DNA of 61,166 nucleotides from Butyricicoccaceae bacterium (GTDB lineage Bacteria; Bacillota; Clostridia; Oscillospirales; Oscillospiraceae), in the NCBI GenBank assembly GCA_963629655.1, contig CAVGKI010000001.1, positions 1 to 61,166 of the forward strand, written 5' to 3'. The notes beneath the pieces are model-generated. The model was not told the DNA's origin. It saw only the letters and a program-made list of their open reading frames with translations, and searched no databases. A program made the position numbers and the translations under genes. Below are positions 36,853 through 44,284 of the stretch, in pieces (within the stretch, counting starts at the first letter, position 1; every line of letters starts with the position of its first letter).

Positions 36853-37530
36853 ATGAACAAGAGAAATTATCAAAAAGAGCTTGAGCGGATAATACAAAAG
36901 CGCGGCAGGCGTATGCCGCGCGTGCTGCTGCATAGCTGCTGCGGCCCGTGCTCAAGCGCCGTGTTGGAATATCTGACGCAATATTTTGACGTAACGCTGC
37001 TGTGGTACAACCCCAACATCTACCCCAAGGAGGAGTTCGATCGCCGCTTCAAGGCGCAGGTGGAGCTCATCGAGAAGATGGGGCTCGCCGACCGGGTGAG
37101 CGTGCTGGCAGAGCCGTGGAAGAGCGAGGACTATTACGCGCGCATAAAGGGGCTGGAGGCAGAGCCGGAGGGCGGAAGGCGCTGCGCGGAGTGCTTCCGC
37201 GTCCGCCTTTTGGAGGCGGCGCGCCTCGCCAGGCATTACGGCTTTGACTATTTCTGCACAACGCTGACCCTCTCGCGCCACAAGAATGCCGAGCTTATCA
37301 ACACGCTCGGTGAGGAGATAGGGCGCGCCGCCGGGGTAAGCTGGCTGCCGTCGGACTTCAAAAAGCGCGACGGGGAGAACCGCTCGGTCGAGCTGAGCGA
37401 GAAGCACGGCATATACCGGCAGCTGTACTGTGGGTGTGAATTCTCGCTGCACCGCAGGGAGGACATTGCGGCAGAGCGTGCCGCCGCGCAAAACAACAGT
37501 GATAATGAGGAAAGCCTGACCCATGAATAA
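36853..37530 (+). CDS. queH: Epoxyqueuosine reductase QueH (DUF208 family)
   Basis: NYQKELERII...LLHSCCGPCSSAVLEYL...YNPNIYP...RCAECFRVRLLEAARLA...FCTTLTLSRHKN. Confidence 0.88.
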   Translation: MNKRNYQKELERIIQKRGRRMPRVLLHSCCGPCSSAVLEYLTQYFDVTLLWYNPNIYPKEEFDRRFKAQVELIEKMGLADRVSVLAEPWKSEDYYARIKGLEAEPEGGRRCAECFRVRLLEAARLARHYGFDYFCTTLTLSRHKNAELINTLGEEIGRAAGVSWLPSDFKKRDGENRSVELSEKHGIYRQLYCGCEFSLHRREDIAAERAAAQNNSDNEESLTHE

Positions 37531-38047
37531 TAAGACCCGTGTTCTTTGTGTTTCCGCCGCCATCGGCGCGGCTTACGCCGTCATGACCGTCGTCCTCGCG
37601 CCGATAAGCTACGGCGCGGTGCAGTTCCGCGTGTCGGAGGCTCTGTGCATTCTGCCGCTGTTCATTCCCGGAACGGCTTGGGGGCTCGCCGCCGGCTGCG
37701 TGCTGGCAAACCTCCTGACAGGCAATATATTTGACATCATCTTCGGCTCGCTCGCCACGCTCGCCGCCGCGTTCTGCACCGCCGCCATCGGCAAACGCGG
37801 CAGCACCCGCCTTATAACGCTCGCTGGCTGCATGATGCCGGTGGTGTTCAACGCCGTCGTCGTGGGCGCGGTGATAACAGAGGCATATAACGGCATGGAC
37901 ATATTCTCGCACCTCGGCGTGTTCGCGCTCAACGCGGCACAGGTCGGGCTGGGTGAGCTTGGGGTAATGCTGCTCATCGGCTACCCGCTCGCGCGCTTTC
38001 TGCCGCGTCAGGCGTTTTTTACCGATTTTGTGAAAAAGTGCAGCTAA
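37523..38047 (+). CDS. queT: Queuosine-precursor transporter QueT (ECF S-component type)
   Basis: 174 aa, 5-6 TM: VSAAIGAAYAVMTVVLAPISYGAVQFRVSEALCILP... Overlaps queH by 8 nt. Confidence 0.8.
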   Translation: MNNKTRVLCVSAAIGAAYAVMTVVLAPISYGAVQFRVSEALCILPLFIPGTAWGLAAGCVLANLLTGNIFDIIFGSLATLAAAFCTAAIGKRGSTRLITLAGCMMPVVFNAVVVGAVITEAYNGMDIFSHLGVFALNAAQVGLGELGVMLLIGYPLARFLPRQAFFTDFVKKCS

Positions 38048-38089
38048 CCACTAGCCACTGACCACTGACCACTAATCACTGACCACTAA
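38048..38089 (+). repeat. Six tandem heptads CCACTRR directly after the queT stop
   Basis: ccactag ccactga ccactga ccactaa tcactga ccactaa. The terminal triplets are TAG, TGA, TGA, TAA, TGA, TAA, falling twice in each reading frame. Confidence 0.9.
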
Positions 38090-38117
38090 TAATCGTGAAT
38101 GAAAGGAAAAGGAAAAC

Positions 38118-38993
38118 ATGAAAGTTCGGAAAGCCATAATCCCCGCCGCAGGGCTCGGCACAAGGCTTCTGCCCAACACGAAGAGCATCCCCAAGGAGAT
38201 GCTGCCGCTGGTGGACAAGCCCGTCATTCAGTACATCGTGGAGGAGGCGGTGTCCGCCGGTGTTGAGGAGATACTCATCATCACCAACCGCGGCAAATCC
38301 CCCATTGAGGACTATTTCGACTACGCCCCCGACCTTGAGGAGCGCCTGATACGCGACGGCAAGGTCAAGGACGCGGAGACGGTGCGCCGCGTCGCCGACA
38401 TGGCGGACATCTTCTTCCTGCGCCAAAAGGAGACGAAGGGTCTGGGGCACGCGGTGTGGCGCGCAAAAACCTTTGTCGGCGACGAGCCGTTCGCCATTCT
38501 CCTCGGCGACGACATCATGCTCTCGGAGAAGCCGGTCTTGAAGCAGCTCGTCGAGGCGGCGGAGGCAAACGAGTGCTCCGCCATCGCCATCCGCGAGCAG
38601 CCGGACAGCCAGATCACGAAATACTCCTCCGTCAAGCTTGAGGAGAAGCTGGGCGAGCGCATATACCGCATCAGCGACATGAACGAGAAGCCGACGCTTG
38701 AGGAGAAATTCTCCAACTTTGCCATCATGGGGCGTTATGTCCTCACGCCCGCCATCTTCGACATTCTCGGGCACACCGCCCCCGGGCGCAACAACGAGAT
38801 ACAGCTCACCGACGGCATGAAGGAGCTGTGCCGCAAGGAGAAAATGTGCGCGGTCGACTTTGAGGGCCGCCGCTACGACACCGGCAATCTCAAAGGCTAT
38901 CTCGAATCCACCATCGACTTCGCGCTGCAAAACGAGGAGGCGGGCGAGTGGCTGCGCCGGTTCATCATCGAAAAGGCGGAAATGCTGAAATAA
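38118..38993 (+). CDS. galU: UTP-glucose-1-phosphate uridylyltransferase
   Basis: KAIIPAAGLGTRLLPNTKSIPKEMLPLVDKPVIQYIVEEA...; 291 aa. Confidence 0.93.
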   Translation: MKVRKAIIPAAGLGTRLLPNTKSIPKEMLPLVDKPVIQYIVEEAVSAGVEEILIITNRGKSPIEDYFDYAPDLEERLIRDGKVKDAETVRRVADMADIFFLRQKETKGLGHAVWRAKTFVGDEPFAILLGDDIMLSEKPVLKQLVEAAEANECSAIAIREQPDSQITKYSSVKLEEKLGERIYRISDMNEKPTLEEKFSNFAIMGRYVLTPAIFDILGHTAPGRNNEIQLTDGMKELCRKEKMCAVDFEGRRYDTGNLKGYLESTIDFALQNEEAGEWLRRFIIEKAEMLK

Positions 38994-38997
38994 ACTG

Positions 38998-39026
38998 TTG
39001 ACAAAGCGCGGTCAAGGTACTATCAT
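38998..39026 (+). promoter_or_regulatory. Sigma-A promoter for the TPP riboswitch-thiT-thiN transcript
   Basis: TTGACA, 17 nt, TATCAT. Confidence 0.6.
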
Positions 39027-39059
39027 ATCTTGCGGTAAAACAAAATAGCGGCCGATAAG

Positions 39060-39165
39060 ACCGCAAGCAAAAGGGGTGCTGAGTAACTCTCGGCTGAGAC
39101 GGGGCTAAATGAGGCTCCGAAACCCTCATACCTGATCCGGGTAATGCCGGCGTAGGAAACATAGA
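39060..39165 (+). promoter_or_regulatory. TPP (THI-box) riboswitch
   Basis: GGGGUGCUGAG...GGCUGAGA...ACCCUCAUACCUGAUCCGGGUAAUGCCGGCGUAGG carries the conserved CUGAGA and ACCUGAUCUGGAUAAUGCCAGCG-type elements. A thiamine transporter gene lies downstream. Confidence 0.9.
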
Positions 39166-39178
39166 ATACGTCAGTTAA

Positions 39179-39215
39179 GCGCAGGATCAAGCAATTCTTG
39201 ACCCTGCGCTTTTTC
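39179..39215 (+). terminator. Riboswitch expression-platform terminator
   Basis: gcgcaggatcaag / cttgaccctgcgc stem (one mismatch) followed by ttttt. Confidence 0.75.
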
Positions 39216-39264
39216 GCGTATATGTGCTTCCTGAAAAATTTTTTATTTCACGGAGGTCAAAAAA

Positions 39265-39834
39265 GTGAAAAACTACTCCCATCTCAAGCTTCGCGCCCTG
39301 TGCGAGGGCGCTGTCCTCGTGGCTCTGGCGCAGGTGCTGGGCTACATCAAGCTCTTTGAGCTGCCGCAGGGCGGCTCGGTGTGTCTGAGCATGCTGCCGA
39401 TATTCATCTACTGCGCGCGCTGGGGCTTCGGTCCGGGCATGCTGGCAAGCTTCGCCTTCAGCCTTTTGCAGCTTTTGCTCGACGGCGCTTACGCCTGGGG
39501 CTGGCAGTCGATGCTGGGCGACTACATCGTCGCGTTCACGGTGCTGGGGCTGGCTGGGCTGTTCCACGGGAAGAAGAACGGCTTCTTCATCGGCTCTGCC
39601 GTCGGCTCCGCCGCGCGCTTTCTCGTGCACTACATCGTCGGCGTGGTCGTCTGGGGCGAATATATGCCGGAGACGTTTTTCGGCATGACCATGACCACCC
39701 CGTGGTTCTACTCCGCGCTCTACAACGGCAGCTACATGATGCTCGACCTTGTGTTCTGCCTTGTTGTGGGCTGGCTGCTGTGGAAGCCGCTGGGCAAGTA
39801 TATTCGCGGCGAGGATATCCCAGCAAAGGCATGA
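39265..39834 (+). CDS. thiT: Thiamine transporter ThiT (ECF S-component)
   Basis: GTG start 8 nt after GGAGG. 189 aa, 6 TM, with the YAWGWQSMLGDY region typical of ThiT. Under a TPP riboswitch. Confidence 0.85.
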   Translation: MKNYSHLKLRALCEGAVLVALAQVLGYIKLFELPQGGSVCLSMLPIFIYCARWGFGPGMLASFAFSLLQLLLDGAYAWGWQSMLGDYIVAFTVLGLAGLFHGKKNGFFIGSAVGSAARFLVHYIVGVVVWGEYMPETFFGMTMTTPWFYSALYNGSYMMLDLVFCLVVGWLLWKPLGKYIRGEDIPAKA

Positions 39835-39901
39835 TACTATCTGTATTTTTCGCGGCTGTCATGTTATAATGACAGCCGTGAGTTTTATTCGGAGGCAAGG
39901 T

Positions 39902-40558
39902 ATGGACAATGAAAAGATATGCGCGATAATCTCCGGCGGGGAGTATGCGCCGATGGAGGGCATAGAGGAATGCGCCCTCACGATCGCATGTGACCGTGGC
40001 TATGTCCACGCGCGGCGCGCCGGGGTACACCCCGATATCATCCTCGGCGATTTTGACTCCTACTCCGGCGCGCTGCCGGATGGAACGGAGATACTGCGCC
40101 TGCCCGTGGAAAAGGACGACACGGACACCATGTCCGCCGTGCGCGGCGCGCTGGAGCGCGGCTATCGGCGCATACGCATATACTGCGCGCTCGGCGGGCG
40201 GCTCGACCATCTCTATGCCAACATTCAAGCCGGCGCGTTCGCCGCAGCGCACGGCGCGCGCGCGGAGCTTATCGGCGGCAATGCGCACATATACGTGCTG
40301 CCCGGCGGGGAGATAACTCTGCCGTACCGGCAGGGGTGGTCGCTGTCGGTGTTCGCGGTGACGGACGAGGTGCGCGGCGTGAGCATAACGGGGGCAAAAT
40401 ACCCGCTCTCAGATGCCGTCATCACCAACACCTTTCCCATCGGCACGAGCAACGAATGGCTGCCCGGAGAGGCGGTCACCGTGCGCGCGGAGAAAGGCAT
40501 ATACGCCGTAATGCTCTGCCGCATGCCGCAGCGCCCCGCCGAAAGTGAAAAAATGTGA
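39902..40558 (+). CDS. thiN: Thiamine pyrophosphokinase
   Basis: ICAIISGGEY...ACDRGY...PDIILGDFDS...KDDTDTMSAV...GGRLDH motifs. Start moved to ATG 39902 after GGAGG. Confidence 0.88.
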   Translation: MDNEKICAIISGGEYAPMEGIEECALTIACDRGYVHARRAGVHPDIILGDFDSYSGALPDGTEILRLPVEKDDTDTMSAVRGALERGYRRIRIYCALGGRLDHLYANIQAGAFAAAHGARAELIGGNAHIYVLPGGEITLPYRQGWSLSVFAVTDEVRGVSITGAKYPLSDAVITNTFPIGTSNEWLPGEAVTVRAEKGIYAVMLCRMPQRPAESEKM

Positions 40559-40567
40559 TTTTTCCTG

Positions 40568-40597
40568 TTGACAAGGCAGTTTATTTTAATGTATAAT
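40568..40597 (+). promoter_or_regulatory. Sigma-A promoter for rpmH-rnpA
   Basis: TTGACA, 18 nt, TATAAT preceded by TG. Confidence 0.6.
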
Positions 40598-40691
40598 CAA
40601 CACTCGACAGCGCTGTGCGCTGTCGAAGAATTGTCAACTGCTTCGGGGGCGACCCCGATGTTGAGTATTAACCTGAAAGGAGTGCCAGACA

Positions 40692-40826
40692 ATGTTACGT
40701 ACCTACCAGCCCAAGAAGATCCAGCGCAAGAAAGAGCACGGTTTCCGCAAGAGAATGAAGACCTCCAACGGCCGCAAGATCCTTGCCCACCGCAGAGCAA
40801 AGGGTAGAGCAAAGCTCAGCGCCTGA
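40692..40826 (+). CDS. rpmH: 50S ribosomal protein L34 (44 aa, below the ORF-track cutoff)
   Basis: My own translation gives [44 protein letters not shown]. Confidence 0.95.
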   Translation: MLRTYQPKKIQRKKEHGFRKRMKTSNGRKILAHRRAKGRAKLSA

Positions 40827-40922
40827 TCCCTCCCCGGCACGTGAGCAGGTTCTAAAAGGAAATATTTTTCAGGGCGGAGCGATCCGCCCTAGTTGTGTTT
40901 ACAGCAAAAAGGAGCTTCCGCC

Positions 40923-41270
40923 TTGAACGTCAGATGCACGCTAAAAAAGAACAGTGATTTCAGACGGCTGTACTCCAAGGGCAAAAGCGCGGTGAACCCC
41001 TATATGGCGGTGTACTGCCGCCGCAACGGGCGCGGCGTGAACCGCGCGGGCTACACCGTGTCAACAAAGCTCGGTCATGCCGTCGTGCGCAACCGCGTGC
41101 GGCGCAGACTGCGCGAGATATACCGCCTCAACTCCCCCGCTCTCAAGGGCGGATGGGACATTGTCGTCGTCGCGAGAATGCGCGCCGTCGGGGCGGATTA
41201 TAAAAAGCTGGACGCGGCATTCATCGATGCCTGCGGCAAGCTTGGGCTCATGCGGGAGGCGCAGCCATGA
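40923..41270 (+). CDS. rnpA: Ribonuclease P protein component
   Basis: [16 protein letters not shown]...[16 protein letters not shown] start at 40923, 8 nt after AAGGAG (the ORF-track start at 40893 is less likely). Confidence 0.88.
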   Translation: MNVRCTLKKNSDFRRLYSKGKSAVNPYMAVYCRRNGRGVNRAGYTVSTKLGHAVVRNRVRRRLREIYRLNSPALKGGWDIVVVARMRAVGADYKKLDAAFIDACGKLGLMREAQP

Positions 41271-41485
41271 AGCGTCTCATGCTCGCGCTCATCCGCTTTT
41301 ACAGAAGGTATATCTCCCCCAACCGCCCGCCCTGCTGCCGCTTTGTCCCCACCTGCTCGCAGTACGCAATGGAGGCGATAGAGAAATACGGTGCCTTGAA
41401 AGGCGGCGCTCTCGCCCTCCGGCGCATTTTGCGGTGTCATCCTTTCCACGGAAAGGATTATGACATCTACGACCCCGTCCCATGA
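41267..41485 (+). CDS. yidD: Membrane protein insertion efficiency factor YidD
   Basis: [35 protein letters not shown]. Confidence 0.93.
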   Translation: MKRLMLALIRFYRRYISPNRPPCCRFVPTCSQYAMEAIEKYGALKGGALALRRILRCHPFHGKDYDIYDPVP

Positions 41486-41514
41486 AGAAACTATAAACAC
41501 ATCAAGGAGAAACT

Positions 41515-42930
41515 ATGTGGGCAGCAATTACTAAGCCCTTTGCGTGGCTTATGGTCAAGCTCTATGAGCTGACCGGAAATTACGGTGTGTCCGTCATATT
41601 CTTCGCGCTCGTCGTCAACCTCATTCTGACCCCGTTCATGGCGAAGAGCAAGAAGGGCATGATGCGCACCTCTCGTCTCCAGCCCCAGATCCAAGAGATC
41701 CAGCGCAGGCACGAGGGCAACCCCCAGAAGCTCAACCAGGAAATGCAGAAGCTCTATCAGGAGAACGGCGCGAACCCCATGTCCGGCTGTCTGTGGTCCC
41801 TCATTCCTTTCCCCATCCTCATCGCCCTTTACAGCGTCATCCGTCAGCCGCTCACGCGCATGATGTTCGTCACGCAGGACGTTGTGGACGCTATCCAGAC
41901 CTACTTTGTCGATGCGGGGCTCTACACCGTCCCCGCCAAGACCGACGCTTATTTCGAGATAAAGCTCACGGAGCTGGCGCACCGCTACTGGCAGCCGCTC
42001 CATGACGCGCTCCCCGATCGGCTCACCGGGCTTATCGACGTTGACTTCGGCTTTATCGGTCTTAACCTCGGCAGTCAGCCGCAGTGGAACTTCATGTTCA
42101 AGACCGATTGGAGCGATGTGAGCGTGTGGCTGCCCGCACTGGGGCTGTTCCTCATTCCGTTCATCTCCGCTTTCCTCTCCTGGGCATCCATGAAGATCTC
42201 CAACGCCATGAACCCGCAGACCGGCAATGAGCAGGCGCAGGCTTCCATGAAGAGCATGAGCATCATGATGCCGCTGATGAGCGTGTGGATCTGCTTTGTC
42301 ATGCCCGCCGCAATGGGTATCTACTGGATCGCTAACAGCGTTTTCGGGCTTATCCGTGACTTCATCCTCACAAAGGTGTACACCAAGAAGCTCGACAAGG
42401 AGGATGCGGAGCGCATCGCCGCCAGAAGCGCCAGAGAAAAGGAGCTTGAGGCAAAGCGCCTTGAGACCGAGCGTCTGCGCGCCGAGGGCAAGACCGAGAA
42501 GAACGCCAACACCAGCAAGAAGAAGATGCAGGCCGTCGAAAAGCAGAAGAGCGACGAGCGCAAGGCCGCGCTCGACCGCGCCGACAGAGCCGCCCGCCGC
42601 GAGAGACTTGGCATAAAGGACAATGAGCTTCCCCCCTCTCAGGTCGGCAGCCGCCGCTATGCGCGCGGACGCGCCTACGTCCCCGACCGCTTCACCAACC
42701 CCGAAAACGCCGAGGAGGCGACGCTCGCCGCCGCTGCGGAGTCGGAGTTTGCCCCCGCGATCGACGAGAGCATTCCCGATGACATCACCGCCGTCGAGAC
42801 CGCCCCGGTCGAGGACGAGATCGCAGCCGCCGAGAGCACCGAAAATGCCGAGGCTGTCGAGAGCGATGAAAGCGCCGAAACCGGCGAGCGCACCGAGGAG
42901 CCTGTCTCCGAGGAGAGCAAAGAAGAATAA
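41515..42930 (+). CDS. yidC: YidC/Oxa1 membrane insertase with a long charged C-terminal extension
   Basis: The core (about 285 aa) has PFMAKSKKGMMRTSRLQPQIQEIQRRH and GCLWSLIPFPILIALY. The remaining ~185 aa is a K/E/R-rich then acidic tail. Confidence 0.88.
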   Translation: MWAAITKPFAWLMVKLYELTGNYGVSVIFFALVVNLILTPFMAKSKKGMMRTSRLQPQIQEIQRRHEGNPQKLNQEMQKLYQENGANPMSGCLWSLIPFPILIALYSVIRQPLTRMMFVTQDVVDAIQTYFVDAGLYTVPAKTDAYFEIKLTELAHRYWQPLHDALPDRLTGLIDVDFGFIGLNLGSQPQWNFMFKTDWSDVSVWLPALGLFLIPFISAFLSWASMKISNAMNPQTGNEQAQASMKSMSIMMPLMSVWICFVMPAAMGIYWIANSVFGLIRDFILTKVYTKKLDKEDAERIAARSAREKELEAKRLETERLRAEGKTEKNANTSKKKMQAVEKQKSDERKAALDRADRAARRERLGIKDNELPPSQVGSRRYARGRAYVPDRFTNPENAEEATLAAAAESEFAPAIDESIPDDITAVETAPVEDEIAAAESTENAEAVESDESAETGERTEEPVSEESKEE

Positions 42931-42947
42931 CTAGGAGTAACGACATT

Positions 42948-43859
42948 ATGATAAAAACTTTGGAAAAGTCCGGCCGCACCGAGGACGATGCCATCAATGC
43001 GGCACTCAAGGAGCTTGGGCTTGACCGCGACGACGTGTCCGTCGAGATAGTCGCGCGCGCGAAATCCGGCTTTCTTGGTATTGGCGCTTCCCCCGCAGTC
43101 GTCCGCGTGAGCTATGAAGCCCCGGACGAAAAGCCCGCCCCTTCCCCCGCTCCCGTGAGCACTCCCGCAAGTGCAAAGGCGGCAAAGTCGACCCCTGCCC
43201 CCGCCGCACCCACCGCCGCCGCAGCAGCGGACGAACCGGCGGAGTACGCCGCGATCCGCACGTTCCTGTCGGGTCTGCTTGAGCGCATGGGTGTCAAGGC
43301 GGACATCGCCATCTCCCCGCGCGAGAACGGCGGCATCAACGTCGACCTCTCCGGCAGCGGCATGGGCGCGATCATCGGCCGCCGCGGCGAGACGCTCGAC
43401 GCTATACAGCATCTGACCAACTATGCCGTCAACCGCGGCATCGACACTCATCTGCACATCAGCGTCGATGCGGAGAACTACCGCAGCAAGCGTGAGGAAT
43501 CGCTCACAAGGCTCGCCGAGAAGATGGCGGAAAAGGCGATAAAGTACAAGCGCAGCATGGCGCTTGAGCCGATGAACTCCTACGAGCGTCACGTCATTCA
43601 CACGGCGCTGCAAAACTACGAGGGTGTCACGACCAGCTCCACCGGCGTTGAGCCGAACCGCCGCGTCGTCGTGTCCTGCGTCAGAGGCGAGGACAGCCGC
43701 GCCTACCGCGGCGGCGACCGCCGTGACCGCCGCGATGCCCCGCGCGCAAGCGCAAGCACCGCCGCAAAGGTGAGCACCGGCGAGAGCAGCCCCGCGCCCG
43801 CGCCCGCCGTTGAGCCCGCCCCCTCTGCCAACAAGCCGCAGAGCCGCGAATGGGCATGA
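42948..43859 (+). CDS. jag: Jag/KhpB RNA-binding protein (Jag_N, KH, R3H) with low-complexity linker and tail
   Basis: MIKTLEKSGRTEDDAINAALKELG... (Jag_N), IGRRGETLDAIQHL (KH GXXG), LEPMNSYERHVIHTAL (R3H). Confidence 0.88.
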   Translation: MIKTLEKSGRTEDDAINAALKELGLDRDDVSVEIVARAKSGFLGIGASPAVVRVSYEAPDEKPAPSPAPVSTPASAKAAKSTPAPAAPTAAAAADEPAEYAAIRTFLSGLLERMGVKADIAISPRENGGINVDLSGSGMGAIIGRRGETLDAIQHLTNYAVNRGIDTHLHISVDAENYRSKREESLTRLAEKMAEKAIKYKRSMALEPMNSYERHVIHTALQNYEGVTTSSTGVEPNRRVVVSCVRGEDSRAYRGGDRRDRRDAPRASASTAAKVSTGESSPAPAPAVEPAPSANKPQSREWA

Positions 43860-43953
43860 CCCGTTGACTTTACGCTTTGTTCATTATTTCGCTCTTTTTT
43901 GTTAATCATTTTATGTTAAATAATATGTGCATTGCACATCGGAGGATGAAACG

Positions 43954-44181
43954 ATGATATTTGACAATGTAAGAGACGCACTCGCCCAGCAGTTTGAGAT
44001 CGACCCCGAGAGCATCACTATGGACACCAGTCTTATTGACGATCTCGGCGCGGACTCCCTCGACGTTGTGGAGCTTATCATGTCCCTGGAGGATCTGTTC
44101 GGCGTTTCCATCAGCGACGATGAGGCGGCGCAGCTTACGACCGTGCGCAAGATCGTCGACTATCTTGAAAAGCTCAAATAA
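43954..44181 (+). CDS. Acyl carrier protein (stand-alone)
   Basis: 75 aa with DDLGADSLDVVELIMSLEDLF (phosphopantetheine Ser in DSLD). ATG at 43954 after GGAGGA. Confidence 0.85.
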   Translation: MIFDNVRDALAQQFEIDPESITMDTSLIDDLGADSLDVVELIMSLEDLFGVSISDDEAAQLTTVRKIVDYLEKLK

Positions 44182-44196
44182 TTTTCACGTGCTTTT

Positions 44197-44230
44197 GAGA
44201 GGAGGGAGCGGCTGCTCCCTTCTCTTTTAT
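44197..44230 (+). terminator. Weak hairpin plus T-run after the ACP gene
   Basis: gagaggagggagc / gctcccttctc imperfect stem followed by ttttat. Confidence 0.4.
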
Positions 44231-44284
44231 CCCCCGCAGCCATGCTGTTATCCCATTATCCCTGAAAGGATGTGACCGCTTTTT

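Noticed and set aside
38048-38089. The heptad repeat read as a HutP- or TRAP-type antiterminator binding site.
   Set aside because: HutP reads UAG triplets at 7-nt spacing, and TRAP reads GAG/UAG at 5-nt spacing. Here the phased triplets vary (UAG/UGA/UAA), and no terminator/antiterminator hairpin follows. Kept only as a speculative option in the finding, not as a feature call.
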